Of a stretch of 64,000 nt of DNA, positions 1 through 8,541 are shown in pieces. The stretch lies in the NCBI GenBank assembly GCA_013335095.1, contig JAAXWF010000002.1, forward strand, positions 269,566-333,565, written 5' to 3'. Numbering within the stretch: the stretch's first letter is position 1; every line of letters starts with the position of its first letter. The position numbers were made by a program, and so were the translations under genes. The stretch comes from a candidate division WWE3 bacterium (GTDB lineage: Bacteria; Patescibacteriota; 4484-211; GCA-002791395). The notes below the pieces were generated by a model that was given only the letters and a program-made list of their open reading frames with translations, did no database searches and had not been told where the DNA came from.

Positions 1-343
1 AGATCATTTGTTAATGCATCATATCGAAACGATCCAGAAGCTCGGTATTTCATATCAGGATTTTCTCAATTCACAACAAAAGACAATCGAAGATGTACAT
101 AATGAGCTTACGGTAGAAGCCGAAAAAAATCTTAGGATTCGATTTATTCTTGGAGAGATAGCCAAAGAGCGCCGTGATTTCTTTGCTGATAATGCAACCT
201 TGCGCGATGTAATGAATTATTTGCGCCAATTAGCTAAAGGTGAAAAACCCTCCCCAGTAGAAAAAGATAACACATCTGATAAATCAGAACCTCATGTTCA
301 CGACGAGCAAGAACACCATCACGACCATAATCACCAGCATTAA
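1..343 (+). CDS. tig: Trigger factor (Tig) C-terminal fragment, 5'-partial, with a His-rich tail
   Basis: The frame is open to base 1. The motif ELTVEAEKNLRIRFILGEIAKE resembles the trigger factor C-domain (EEQAKRRVVVGLLLGEVIR in E. coli). It ends in the His/Asp-rich tail HVHDEQEHHHDHNHQH. This is established knowledge of the family, not a search result. Confidence 0.45.
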   Translation, partial: DHLLMHHIETIQKLGISYQDFLNSQQKTIEDVHNELTVEAEKNLRIRFILGEIAKERRDFFADNATLRDVMNYLRQLAKGEKPSPVEKDNTSDKSEPHVHDEQEHHHDHNHQH

Positions 344-422
344 TTCAGAAAATATTGAGTTATTACAATAAATAAAACATCGCCCCGTTCTTATCTATTT
401 CTTACATTGACAGACATACGTT

Positions 423-1754
423 ATGAGGATTACAGTATCCACCATGAGCCGGTCAAATGACTTTTTATTTGGAGTATCGAGTAGTTCATATCATATTGAG
501 GGCGGAAATACGGCGTCAGATTGGCATGAATTTGAAAAAAATATCTTTAAGGATCATCCAGAACATCGTAACGAAATGGGAATTGATTATTGGAATAGGT
601 GGTCACAGGACCATGATCATCTATCCGAGCTTGGTGTAGATGCATTTCGGACCTCGATTGAGTGGAGTCGTGTTCAGCCAATCTCAAGTGATTATTTTGA
701 CGAATCTGCGATTGAACAGTATTGCCAGATGCTTTCAGATCTAAAGAAACGAAATATTCGCGTCGTTCTTACTTTTGTACATTATGTCGTTCCAAAGTGG
801 TTTGCCGACATGGGCGGATTTTCCAAAAAAGAGAACTTGATTTATTTTGACCGATTTGTTGAAAGAATTCTCCGATCATGTGGTGAAAATATCGATGTGG
901 TAACCCCAGTGAATGAGATGATGGTTAATGCAGCTTTTGGATACCTCATTAAGTATTTCCCTCCGGGAGAACGAAATTTTATAAAATTTGTTCCAGTTGT
1001 CCGCAATCTTATTCGATCTCATTACATTGTTGCACAATTAATCCGAATGTATCACCCGCACATACACATCAGCACCGCTGAACAGTTTCGATTTATTAAA
1101 CCTGAACCGTCAAATCTATTCATGAAGATGATTGCCGGTATCTCAAATTATTTAGTGAATGATGTGATCTTAAAATCAATAGTGTCCAATCACTTTTTAC
1201 CACCGTTTGGATTTGGTGGAACAATCGACCGGTCTGTTAAAAAACCCGTCGATAGTATCGGAATTCAAGTATACGGAACAATTCCAATTCGATTAGGAAT
1301 GAGAGGCTGGAAACCCACGATAAAACCATCTGGATATACTTTTTGGTCGGATGCTATTTATGATGCGAAAGTTACTGCTGAAAGTCTAAAGGAAGCCGTA
1401 CTAAGAACTCAGCAAAAGTATAAAAAGCCCGTATTAATCACCGAGATTGGTATGGCGAGTGAAGATGTAACCGAACATGAACGGAAACTCCATGAATTAG
1501 TTATGGCGGTAGAATCGCTCTTAGAGCAAGGTGTAAAACTGAACGGCTTTTTGTATTTTACCCTGTTTGACTGTTTTGAATGGAATCATGGATACGACAA
1601 AAAGTTTGGTCTTATCGAAATAGATCGCGCTAATAACTTTGCCCGAAAGCCCAAACCTGCTTTTTATGCGTATAAAAATCTTATATTACGAGTAAAAAAC
1701 ATGCTGATGCCGAAAGGCAAACACCAGGTACAACCAGTCCAGTCGAAACAATAG
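423..1754 (+). CDS. Glycoside hydrolase family 1 (beta-glucosidase-like), divergent
   Basis: It carries the N-terminal GH1 signature FLFGVSSSSYHIEGG, an acid/base-like TPVNEM (the NEP motif) and a nucleophile-like LITEIGMA (the ITENG motif). Length is 443 aa. A TTGACA-like promoter lies upstream. Confidence 0.6.
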   Translation: MRITVSTMSRSNDFLFGVSSSSYHIEGGNTASDWHEFEKNIFKDHPEHRNEMGIDYWNRWSQDHDHLSELGVDAFRTSIEWSRVQPISSDYFDESAIEQYCQMLSDLKKRNIRVVLTFVHYVVPKWFADMGGFSKKENLIYFDRFVERILRSCGENIDVVTPVNEMMVNAAFGYLIKYFPPGERNFIKFVPVVRNLIRSHYIVAQLIRMYHPHIHISTAEQFRFIKPEPSNLFMKMIAGISNYLVNDVILKSIVSNHFLPPFGFGGTIDRSVKKPVDSIGIQVYGTIPIRLGMRGWKPTIKPSGYTFWSDAIYDAKVTAESLKEAVLRTQQKYKKPVLITEIGMASEDVTEHERKLHELVMAVESLLEQGVKLNGFLYFTLFDCFEWNHGYDKKFGLIEIDRANNFARKPKPAFYAYKNLILRVKNMLMPKGKHQVQPVQSKQ

Positions 1755-1773
1755 GGTATAATAACCTGTATTA

Positions 1774-1850
1774 GGGCGGTTAGCTCAGTTGGTTAGAGCG
1801 CCACATTGACATTGTGGAGGTCTCAGGTTCGAGTCCTGAATCGCCCACCA
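1774..1850 (+). tRNA. tRNA-Val (anticodon GAC), CCA encoded
   Basis: Cloverleaf is readable by eye. The acceptor pairs GGGCGGT/ATCGCCC. It has the D-arm GCTCAGTTGGTTAGAGC and the anticodon loop TTGACAT. The T-arm is GGTTCGAGTCC and the sequence ends ACCA. A TATAATA -10 sits about 20 nt upstream. Confidence 0.85.
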
Positions 1851-1920
1851 TATATACTGACAACGCTTTGAATCTGGTGTGTTGATATTTATTCTACGTT
1901 AGGATAATCTATTTATAGAA

Positions 1921-3003
1921 ATGTTAACAAAAGTTTTGAAAGGTTTAATTTTATATGTGTTCCCTTTCTTTATTCTTTATATAGTTTGGTTCTTATTGGG
2001 GTATGTGGGAACTTCAATAGAAAGCCAAAACTTTCGGTTTGAGCATGTAGAAATATTTACACTGTTATCCTTGGTTACAGGCACAGCTCTATTTGTTTTT
2101 TATCTACTCCTTATGAATAAAACTCACAAGCAGATAAAAGAGAACGTATCGATGTCTGATCAAAAAACGTCAGGATTTAATATCGTCGATCCTATGAAGC
2201 CAATTTTTATCGTTGCAAGTAGTCTATTTGGCTTAGTAGTCATTAGTATTGCATTAGGTGTATTTGGTGGATTGCGTGGAATTCTTTTGGTCATAACCTA
2301 TGGGTGGATATTTCCAGCAGCCGGGTTATTAATAGCAACTATCTATTCAATTAAATTATTAATTTCGGGAAAAAAATCTCCAGTGTTAATCATCATTACC
2401 ATATCATTGTCAATGCTATTTGTTATTCTCATATTTGCAGTAATTCGTATGTTTTCGGGTGAAAATGAACACTTACAACAAAGAAACCAGCCAATTTCGA
2501 CACAAGAAATTAATTTAGCCCAAGATAATGTTGATTCAGAATCTTCGACCGTGGCGAATTTCACCGGTGATGGTTTATTTACCTATAAAATCCCCTCTGA
2601 GTTACAAGTCATTAACAAGACGTCAACCATGGAATCGTACCAAACCAGTAATCGTGAATTTATCCTTAGCGTATCGACCCAATCTTCCAATCGTTCTTTT
2701 GACGATGTCACCCAAGAGATAGAAACAAATGATATCTATCTCGACATTGATCAAAAGTTGACAGGACAATACGAAGGGCATCCTTTTATTCTCTACATAG
2801 ATCGTCCGACATCATCTCCAGGAAATGAATTTATCGTATACTCATACACAGCCTATGTGGGTAATATTGCAAATGCAAATGGATCTAATAGTACTAATCT
2901 AGTAATTAATGCAGCATTTTACCCATTGGGATCGGAAAATCGAGATCAACACTACACAGAGATCATTAAAAAAATAATCTCTTCATTAACATTTACGTAC
3001 TAA
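1921..3003 (+). CDS. Hypothetical polytopic membrane protein with a Ser/Thr/Asn-rich C-terminal domain
   Basis: A 360-aa ORF. The N-terminal two thirds hold several hydrophobic helices. No family was recognised. Confidence 0.5.
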   Translation: MLTKVLKGLILYVFPFFILYIVWFLLGYVGTSIESQNFRFEHVEIFTLLSLVTGTALFVFYLLLMNKTHKQIKENVSMSDQKTSGFNIVDPMKPIFIVASSLFGLVVISIALGVFGGLRGILLVITYGWIFPAAGLLIATIYSIKLLISGKKSPVLIIITISLSMLFVILIFAVIRMFSGENEHLQQRNQPISTQEINLAQDNVDSESSTVANFTGDGLFTYKIPSELQVINKTSTMESYQTSNREFILSVSTQSSNRSFDDVTQEIETNDIYLDIDQKLTGQYEGHPFILYIDRPTSSPGNEFIVYSYTAYVGNIANANGSNSTNLVINAAFYPLGSENRDQHYTEIIKKIISSLTFTY

Positions 3004-3045
3004 TTTATCGAGCACTTTCTGTTTTAAAAATTAATGGTAATAAAA

Positions 3046-3077
3046 CCCCCTGACCAGGGGTTAAGCTGGTCAGGGGG
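3046..3077. terminator. Bidirectional hairpin terminator between convergent genes
   Basis: A perfect 12-bp inverted repeat CCCCCTGACCAG / CTGGTCAGGGGG flanks an 8-nt loop. It sits between the 3' ends of 1921..3003 (+) and 3082..3471 (-). Confidence 0.6.
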
Positions 3078-3081
3078 TCGA

Positions 3082-3471
3082 TTATTCAACCAACTTGATC
3101 ACCGGATATGCGCCGGCACGGTCGAGGACGAATTTGTGGGAAACCTCGAGCCACGTATACATTAGGCCGCTTCCCCAGCAAAAGACCTGATTGTTTCGTA
3201 CCGGTACAACCTCCCAGCTGATATCCTCCAGCTGAAGAAAACCGGCGATATCGGTACTTGGCAGCCCTTGCAGTGTGAGGCTGTATGCATGCATCCCTGT
3301 GACGGATACGATTTGGGGCTGTGCATACAAGTAGAGCCGCTCGCGCATGCCCCCCTTAAAGGGGAACTCCACCATATACGATGTCTTGGCTAACTGAGAG
3401 AAATCGATATCTTCGGGTAGGCCTCCATATGGAGAGGGGACATCTCCACTACCAGGTAAGAGAATTCTCAC
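3082..3471 (-). CDS. Hypothetical protein (GC-rich ORF, GTG start)
   Basis: A 129-aa ORF with GGAGGTG immediately upstream of the GTG start. Its GC content is clearly above that of the flanking genes. No family was recognised. Confidence 0.45.
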   Translation of the reverse strand: MRILLPGSGDVPSPYGGLPEDIDFSQLAKTSYMVEFPFKGGMRERLYLYAQPQIVSVTGMHAYSLTLQGLPSTDIAGFLQLEDISWEVVPVRNNQVFCWGSGLMYTWLEVSHKFVLDRAGAYPVIKLVE

Positions 3472-3570
3472 CGCGCACCTCCAGGTTAAATCCTATTGCT
3501 ACAATCAGCATGGAAATTATACACCGTCTTTCCTAAATAGCTGTTTCAATGCTACGATAAAAATTAATCC

Positions 3571-5352
3571 ATGCAATTACTTCGTAATATTATTCGCACG
3601 CTGGGTATTCAATGGCAGATTAGCAAGTTAAAAACACTATTTATCTTTATGGTAGCAATCGGCGCCCCCGCGACTTCGATTGCAAGCGTTTATATATTAG
3701 GACGTTTCATAGATACAATTACCATGATCAGCGATAATCCAAGCGTAACTTCAAGGGCAACTATTCTATTTATATTTCTTTTAGTTGGAGGTTTCTTAAC
3801 TGAACTATTCAAGAAGTTGCGCTTATATGTGGAACGTATTATTTTCTATGACTGGCATCACGAAATGATCATGCGAGTCAACGAAAAAGTATCGATGCTC
3901 GACTTTCCGACGCTCGAGAATGGCACGTTTAACACACTGCTTAACAAGATAAAGATCGGATATGAGCACATTCCTGGCAATTATATGAATCCGCTATTTT
4001 CAATGACCAGCGAGGGGATTCGTCTGATTTCAGCTGTAATACTTATTTCAGTCGTACTGCCAATTACCGCCCCGATTATTGTCGTTTCGCTTATTCCTCA
4101 ATTCTTTGTTTCAAAAGAGGGCAGTAAATTGTACTGGGGTATTTGGGACTCTCGAGGTGAAGATGCTAAACGCTACTTTAGCACTCGCGATAATTTAACC
4201 AGTATAGGATCAATAAAAGAAGTAAAACTATTTGGGCTCAAGGATTACTTATTAAACAGAATAGATATCATAATTACGAGTTTCCTGGCTGAACAGAAGC
4301 GCATCTTATCTCGAGAGATGAGGCTGGGTATTGGTGCGCAGATTGTGGAGTTTGTTGCGATTGCTGGAATCCAAACATGGCTGCTGTTTAATGTACTAGC
4401 CAGTAAGATTGCAGTTGGATCGTTTATTTTTTATCTTCAAACGACTAATGAATGTATATCGGCTGGACGTGAGTTTTTTCGTAATTTATTAAAACTTCAT
4501 GAGTTTAATCTGTTTATGACTGATTTGTTTGCATTCCTTGATCTACAGCCAACAATTATCAGTAAAACTAAAGCACCAAAGGTATCGACAAAGCATGTAC
4601 CACTTATCGAGTTTAGAAACGTAAGCTTTGCATACCCCAATTCGGGTACAAATGTATTTAAGGATTTCTCGCTAACAATTAGCCCCGGTGAAGATATTGC
4701 GATTGTGGGGGAGAATGGTGCCGGTAAAACAACTTTCGTCAAATTGCTTGCGCGACTGTACGATGTGACCGAAGGGGAGATACTAATAAATGGCATGAAT
4801 ATCAAAGATATTGATCTGCCATCGTGGCATAAAAACTTAGGTATTCTTTTCCAAGATTTTAATCGGTATGCCGATTCGGTAAAAGAAAATATTAAGCTCG
4901 GAAATATCAATCAAAAAGTGATTATGAAAGAGATTCAACATGCAGCAAAGTCTGCTGGTGCAGATAGTTTTATTCAAAAGTTCCCGCATACATATAATCA
5001 GATGCTTGGGAGCCATTTCATTCATGGTATTGATGTGTCGGGTGGGCAATGGCAACGAATCGCGTTAGCCAGGGCATATTATCGGAAAGCAAATATATTA
5101 ATTCTTGATGAACCGACATCGGCGATTGATGCCAAAGGCGAGTACGAGATATTTGAAAAGATATCCAAAATGCAAAAAGATAAGACGACTATTATTATTT
5201 CACATCGATTTTCAACAGTACGGATGGCTGATAAAATTTATGTTGTCGATAAGGGCAAGATAATTGAACAAGGTGATCATAGGCAGCTCATGGCGATAAA
5301 AAACGGCACCTATCATTCTCTGTTTACCACCCAAGCCAAAGGGTATACATGA
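3571..5352 (+). CDS. ABC transporter, fused permease/ATPase (type I exporter, MsbA/multidrug-like)
   Basis: The N-terminal TM domain is followed by Walker A GENGAGKTT, the ABC signature VSGGQWQRIALARA and Walker B ILILDEPTSAID. The H-loop ISHR is present. Confidence 0.9.
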   Translation: MQLLRNIIRTLGIQWQISKLKTLFIFMVAIGAPATSIASVYILGRFIDTITMISDNPSVTSRATILFIFLLVGGFLTELFKKLRLYVERIIFYDWHHEMIMRVNEKVSMLDFPTLENGTFNTLLNKIKIGYEHIPGNYMNPLFSMTSEGIRLISAVILISVVLPITAPIIVVSLIPQFFVSKEGSKLYWGIWDSRGEDAKRYFSTRDNLTSIGSIKEVKLFGLKDYLLNRIDIIITSFLAEQKRILSREMRLGIGAQIVEFVAIAGIQTWLLFNVLASKIAVGSFIFYLQTTNECISAGREFFRNLLKLHEFNLFMTDLFAFLDLQPTIISKTKAPKVSTKHVPLIEFRNVSFAYPNSGTNVFKDFSLTISPGEDIAIVGENGAGKTTFVKLLARLYDVTEGEILINGMNIKDIDLPSWHKNLGILFQDFNRYADSVKENIKLGNINQKVIMKEIQHAAKSAGADSFIQKFPHTYNQMLGSHFIHGIDVSGGQWQRIALARAYYRKANILILDEPTSAIDAKGEYEIFEKISKMQKDKTTIIISHRFSTVRMADKIYVVDKGKIIEQGDHRQLMAIKNGTYHSLFTTQAKGYT

Positions 5353-5381
5353 TACAAACGCAGCACCTCTTTAATAAAACC

Positions 5382-5399
5382 CATAATATAGTATAATAA
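5382..5399 (+). promoter_or_regulatory. Putative promoter, conserved 17-nt module ATAATATAGTATAATAA (copy 1)
   Basis: An identical 17-mer recurs at 7635..7651, upstream of the third paralog. It contains TATAAT about 40 nt before the AAAGGAG RBS and the ATG. Confidence 0.4.
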
Positions 5400-5438
5400 C
5401 GCTGCCGGAATTCGCATAAAGTAAAGGAGTTTGTCCTT

Positions 5439-6212
5439 ATGGACGACACCACTCGGTCGGACGATCAGGGTTTTGATCGTGAAGGGTACATCGCAGAAGC
5501 TCGACAGGAGATCGAGCCTGCGATTGAAAAAATCCGCCAACTGACAATCAATTGGCAACAGTATTATCCAGGCGATGGCAACATGGTACTGATCATGGAT
5601 CGGGTACCTGGTATTGCTGAAGGATTTGGTTTGGACTTTATGAGCGCCCTTGCGATCTCGCCCATACCCCAAACCCCCGAGGAATCGGATTTCTTCACCC
5701 GCCTCGAAACGATGTTCACACCTGGGCAATATGTCCCGATCGTACTTATCCATAAAGGCAAGTACGTCGTCACATTCGTGGTACGGCCAAATCATCCAAC
5801 CGACAAGGTCGTGACGTGTGAGGGGTACAAAGTACCCGACTTCGATTGTCCGCCAGATACAGCAGAGATTGCTGATGACCTGGCGTTTATCAGGGAACAC
5901 TGGCTTGAGGTTATTAGAGCCTTGCCAGAATTTGCGGCTTCAGCTGGTGAGGGAATGATGACCCTCATCAAGTACCTGAAGACTGGTCAACGGGGCATCT
6001 ACTACACTACCACGGCAGCTGCGATGGAAGTGCTGACGACATACCCAACTGCGCGTCAGGTATTCCAAGAGCAGGTCACCCGGGTTGACCCAACTCGGTA
6101 CATCCCGCTAATGGTTGTTAGCGATATCCCCGGCGGACCGGTACTGTTCTACGGTCTCATTGTTCCCCAGGCTGGGGAAGCGCCTACAGTTGAACAAATC
6201 GACGCTGGCTAG
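5439..6212 (+). CDS. Hypothetical protein, paralog A of a triplicated GC-rich family (two repeated sub-domains)
   Basis: A 257-aa ORF with an AAAGGAG RBS. It shares YVPIVLI..FVVRP and YIPLMVV..PVLFYGL motifs with the ORFs at 6778 and 7686. It is acidic and has no TM segment or signal peptide. Confidence 0.75.
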   Translation: MDDTTRSDDQGFDREGYIAEARQEIEPAIEKIRQLTINWQQYYPGDGNMVLIMDRVPGIAEGFGLDFMSALAISPIPQTPEESDFFTRLETMFTPGQYVPIVLIHKGKYVVTFVVRPNHPTDKVVTCEGYKVPDFDCPPDTAEIADDLAFIREHWLEVIRALPEFAASAGEGMMTLIKYLKTGQRGIYYTTTAAAMEVLTTYPTARQVFQEQVTRVDPTRYIPLMVVSDIPGGPVLFYGLIVPQAGEAPTVEQIDAG

Positions 6213-6232
6213 TTTGTAGCTTCGACTTCAAA

Positions 6233-6266
6233 CGGCGGCAGGGAGAAATCTCTGCCGTTTTTTTTT
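6233..6266 (+). terminator. Rho-independent terminator
   Basis: The stem GGCAG(G)GAGA ... TCTCTGCC is followed by nine T residues. Confidence 0.7.
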
Positions 6267-6328
6267 GCAATACTATTCATAAACAAATTGGTATAATTTA
6301 TTTAGAACAAAAGGGGAGGTGATTACTC

Positions 6329-6634
6329 ATGAAAGGATTTATTGATTTCATTCGTGAACAAGGCGTGGTAGGACTCGCGGTTGGTTTTATCCTTGGTGGG
6401 GGAGTTGCTAAAATAGTCGATTCACTCGTTCAGGATATTATCAATCCGGTGCTCGGACTTATTTTAGGAGCTGCTGGAAGTCTGAATGAAGCGGTGCTAA
6501 CAATCGGCGAGGCACAAATCAGATGGGGTAGTTTTGTAAATACAGCCATCGACTTCACGATCATCGCATTTATCGTTTATTTTGGGGTGAAAGCGTTAAA
6601 GCTCGATAAATTAGATAAAACAGAGGCAGCATAA
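6329..6634 (+). CDS. mscL: Large-conductance mechanosensitive channel MscL
   Basis: FIDFIREQGVVGLAVGFILGGGVAKIVDSLVQDIINPVLG aligns with the E. coli MscL N-terminus and TM1. The TM2 motif NTAIDFTIIAFIVYF is present. A strong SD AGGGGAGGTGA precedes the start. Confidence 0.85.
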   Translation: MKGFIDFIREQGVVGLAVGFILGGGVAKIVDSLVQDIINPVLGLILGAAGSLNEAVLTIGEAQIRWGSFVNTAIDFTIIAFIVYFGVKALKLDKLDKTEAA

Positions 6635-6777
6635 TTACCACAACACTGCCCGTAAAACACACCAACACATAGTTTGATGTAGTAATTTATTGTATAGAAC
6701 TCTCATACCCATTGAACACAACATCCTTGCTATATAATTAGTCCGAACGAAGATATTGCATGTAGGAGAGCAGCATC

Positions 6778-7551
6778 ATGGACGATCAGGTATCGGATCG
6801 ACAGGAGCTAATAGCTCACACGTTGCGTTTCCTTTCCGAATCACTTACCGAGGTTGCAGCAGTAAGTCTTGCTCATATCGGACTAATCGGCTCACCCTAC
6901 CTACTTACGGTAAGTGGTCGAACCGATGGATCCACATGTCAATGTGAGATTCGGATGATAGGCGGTCGAGATCTGGCATTGTTTCAATCAGATCTCGAAG
7001 GTATTGATCTAATCCAACTATCGAAACGTCATATTCCGGGATGGTATATCCCAGTCATTGTCGAAGATGCAGGACGAGCGCTGGCCGCTGTTATAGTACG
7101 GCCGCATAACCAAGAGTTTCCGGTGGTACTAAGCAGCTCGGATAAACTCATCGACGGATACGAAGCCCCACTAGTCAGTACCACCCTCGAGGAGATGGTT
7201 ACTCCAGCAGATGAACTGTTCTTAATAACGCAGTTCGAAACGCTGGTTAGTCGATATCCGGCCTGTCTGGATCAATTCGGGTTAGGTATGTTTTGCCTCG
7301 CTCGAAGTAGTGCCACGGGGCGCACGGTGTTGGTTTTCTTCGCGCTGCAGACCATCATCGATGGATTAATCAGTGGAGGACATTACCACGCTCTAAAAGT
7401 TATCGGAACGCTCATACCCCAAACCGCTCACGGTATGTACTACCCAGTCATGGTAGTAACCGACGCACCTAACAGTCCGGTCGGTTTTGTCGGGTTAACA
7501 AAGGGCGTACAAGGAGTACAGGCAGCGCAGATCGCCTATAATTCGTTATAA
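6778..7551 (+). CDS. Hypothetical protein, paralog B of the triplicated family
   Basis: A 257-aa ORF with the same length class, two-domain layout and shared motifs: WYIPVIVED..AAVIVRP and YYPVMVVTDAPNSPVGFVGL. Confidence 0.7.
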   Translation: MDDQVSDRQELIAHTLRFLSESLTEVAAVSLAHIGLIGSPYLLTVSGRTDGSTCQCEIRMIGGRDLALFQSDLEGIDLIQLSKRHIPGWYIPVIVEDAGRALAAVIVRPHNQEFPVVLSSSDKLIDGYEAPLVSTTLEEMVTPADELFLITQFETLVSRYPACLDQFGLGMFCLARSSATGRTVLVFFALQTIIDGLISGGHYHALKVIGTLIPQTAHGMYYPVMVVTDAPNSPVGFVGLTKGVQGVQAAQIAYNSL

Positions 7552-7556
7552 AATTG

Positions 7557-7582
7557 GTTGGGAAGAGTGTATTCTTCCCAAC
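7557..7582 (+). terminator. Hairpin terminator (weak U-tract)
   Basis: A perfect 10-bp stem GTTGGGAAGA / TCTTCCCAAC with a 6-nt loop lies directly after the stop of paralog B. Confidence 0.45.
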
Positions 7583-7634
7583 ATAATCTATAGACACTCA
7601 ATGGTTGCGCAAATTCCATCATGGCAAAAAACCT

Positions 7635-7651
7635 ATAATATAGTATAATAA
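7635..7651 (+). promoter_or_regulatory. Putative promoter, conserved 17-nt module ATAATATAGTATAATAA (copy 2)
   Basis: Identical to 5383..5399. It is followed by an AAAGGAG RBS and the TTG start of paralog C. Confidence 0.4.
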
Positions 7652-7685
7652 GCACGCGTTTGAAGTATAGGCAAAGGAGCGTCCA

Positions 7686-8471
7686 TTGGACAGCACAACC
7701 ACGTCTAATAAGCCCTTTTCGCGGGACAGCTATCTGGCCCAGGTAGTCGAATTCATCCGCGGCAATCGGGTTTATGTGATTGACTCGAGCCTCGAATACG
7801 GCAGCATCACTTCAGTCAGGCCGCAAATCCTGATCATTATGGATGAATGCGGTGAGCTAGACCAGATCGGGCTCTACCAAACTGGTAGCATGGCCCTCGA
7901 TGGTTACGGCAAAACGCCCGAAGAAAAAGATTTCATCCGGGCGATGGCCGAGAAAACCAATCCAGGGGTGTATATCCCGATCGTGGTTTTCTTCGACCTT
8001 GAACTGGTGGCAATGCTGGTCTTCCGGCCCCTCGCGGCCGAAGATAATCAGCTTGTCGAGGTTATAGACTGGACCAATCCTCCGGTAGATGATCTATCAG
8101 CCTACCTGGCCGAAGTGGACGACGACCTAACGGTATTCCGCGATACATTTTGCGGCATTCGTCCGGTGATGGACAGATACCGAACCGGCTATGGTCCGGG
8201 GGTGTTTTCATATATGTGTGGTAGCGATGCCTCGATGCTCGCTTACCATCTAAAGGATCATCTCATCAGGATGCTCGCCCTACTGGCGGTAGAAAATCCC
8301 GAAGAGCAGGGATCAGCGATCACGAATGCGGCCAGTGATGGCACGTATGTCATCATGGTCGTCCCGATGCAGGCGCAAAGGCCGATCGTGTTTTATACGA
8401 TCAAAAGCACGCCCGAGGGTGCGGTGACGCAGCATCTGCCCATCCGGGCGATCCCGGTCATCAGCGCATAA
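7686..8471 (+). CDS. Hypothetical protein, paralog C of the triplicated family (TTG start)
   Basis: A 261-aa ORF with a TTG start and an AAAGGAG RBS. Its upstream region is paralogous to that of paralog A. Shared motifs are YIPIVVFFD..AMLVFRP and YVIMVVPMQAQRPIVFYTI. Confidence 0.7.
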   Translation: MDSTTTSNKPFSRDSYLAQVVEFIRGNRVYVIDSSLEYGSITSVRPQILIIMDECGELDQIGLYQTGSMALDGYGKTPEEKDFIRAMAEKTNPGVYIPIVVFFDLELVAMLVFRPLAAEDNQLVEVIDWTNPPVDDLSAYLAEVDDDLTVFRDTFCGIRPVMDRYRTGYGPGVFSYMCGSDASMLAYHLKDHLIRMLALLAVENPEEQGSAITNAASDGTYVIMVVPMQAQRPIVFYTIKSTPEGAVTQHLPIRAIPVISA

Positions 8472-8476
8472 TACCT

Positions 8477-8513
8477 ATGGCGTTAGAGGAAACACCTCTA
8501 GCGCCATTTTTTT
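8477..8513. terminator. Rho-independent terminator (bidirectional, between convergent genes)
   Basis: A 13-bp stem ATGGCGTTAGAGG / CCTCTAGCGCCAT with one G-U pair is followed by TTTTTTT. Confidence 0.75.
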
Positions 8514-8541
8514 AATTTTATAAATATCTCCAGAAAATCAA

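Noticed and set aside
457-639. 60-aa ORF in an alternative frame inside the GH1 gene
   Set aside because: It is wholly contained in the 443-aa ORF, which carries recognisable GH1 motifs. It has no RBS, so it is a frame artefact.
4497-5055. Minus-strand ORFs (137 and 72 aa) inside the ABC exporter gene
   Set aside because: They are antisense to a gene with complete Walker A, signature and Walker B motifs, and have no start context.
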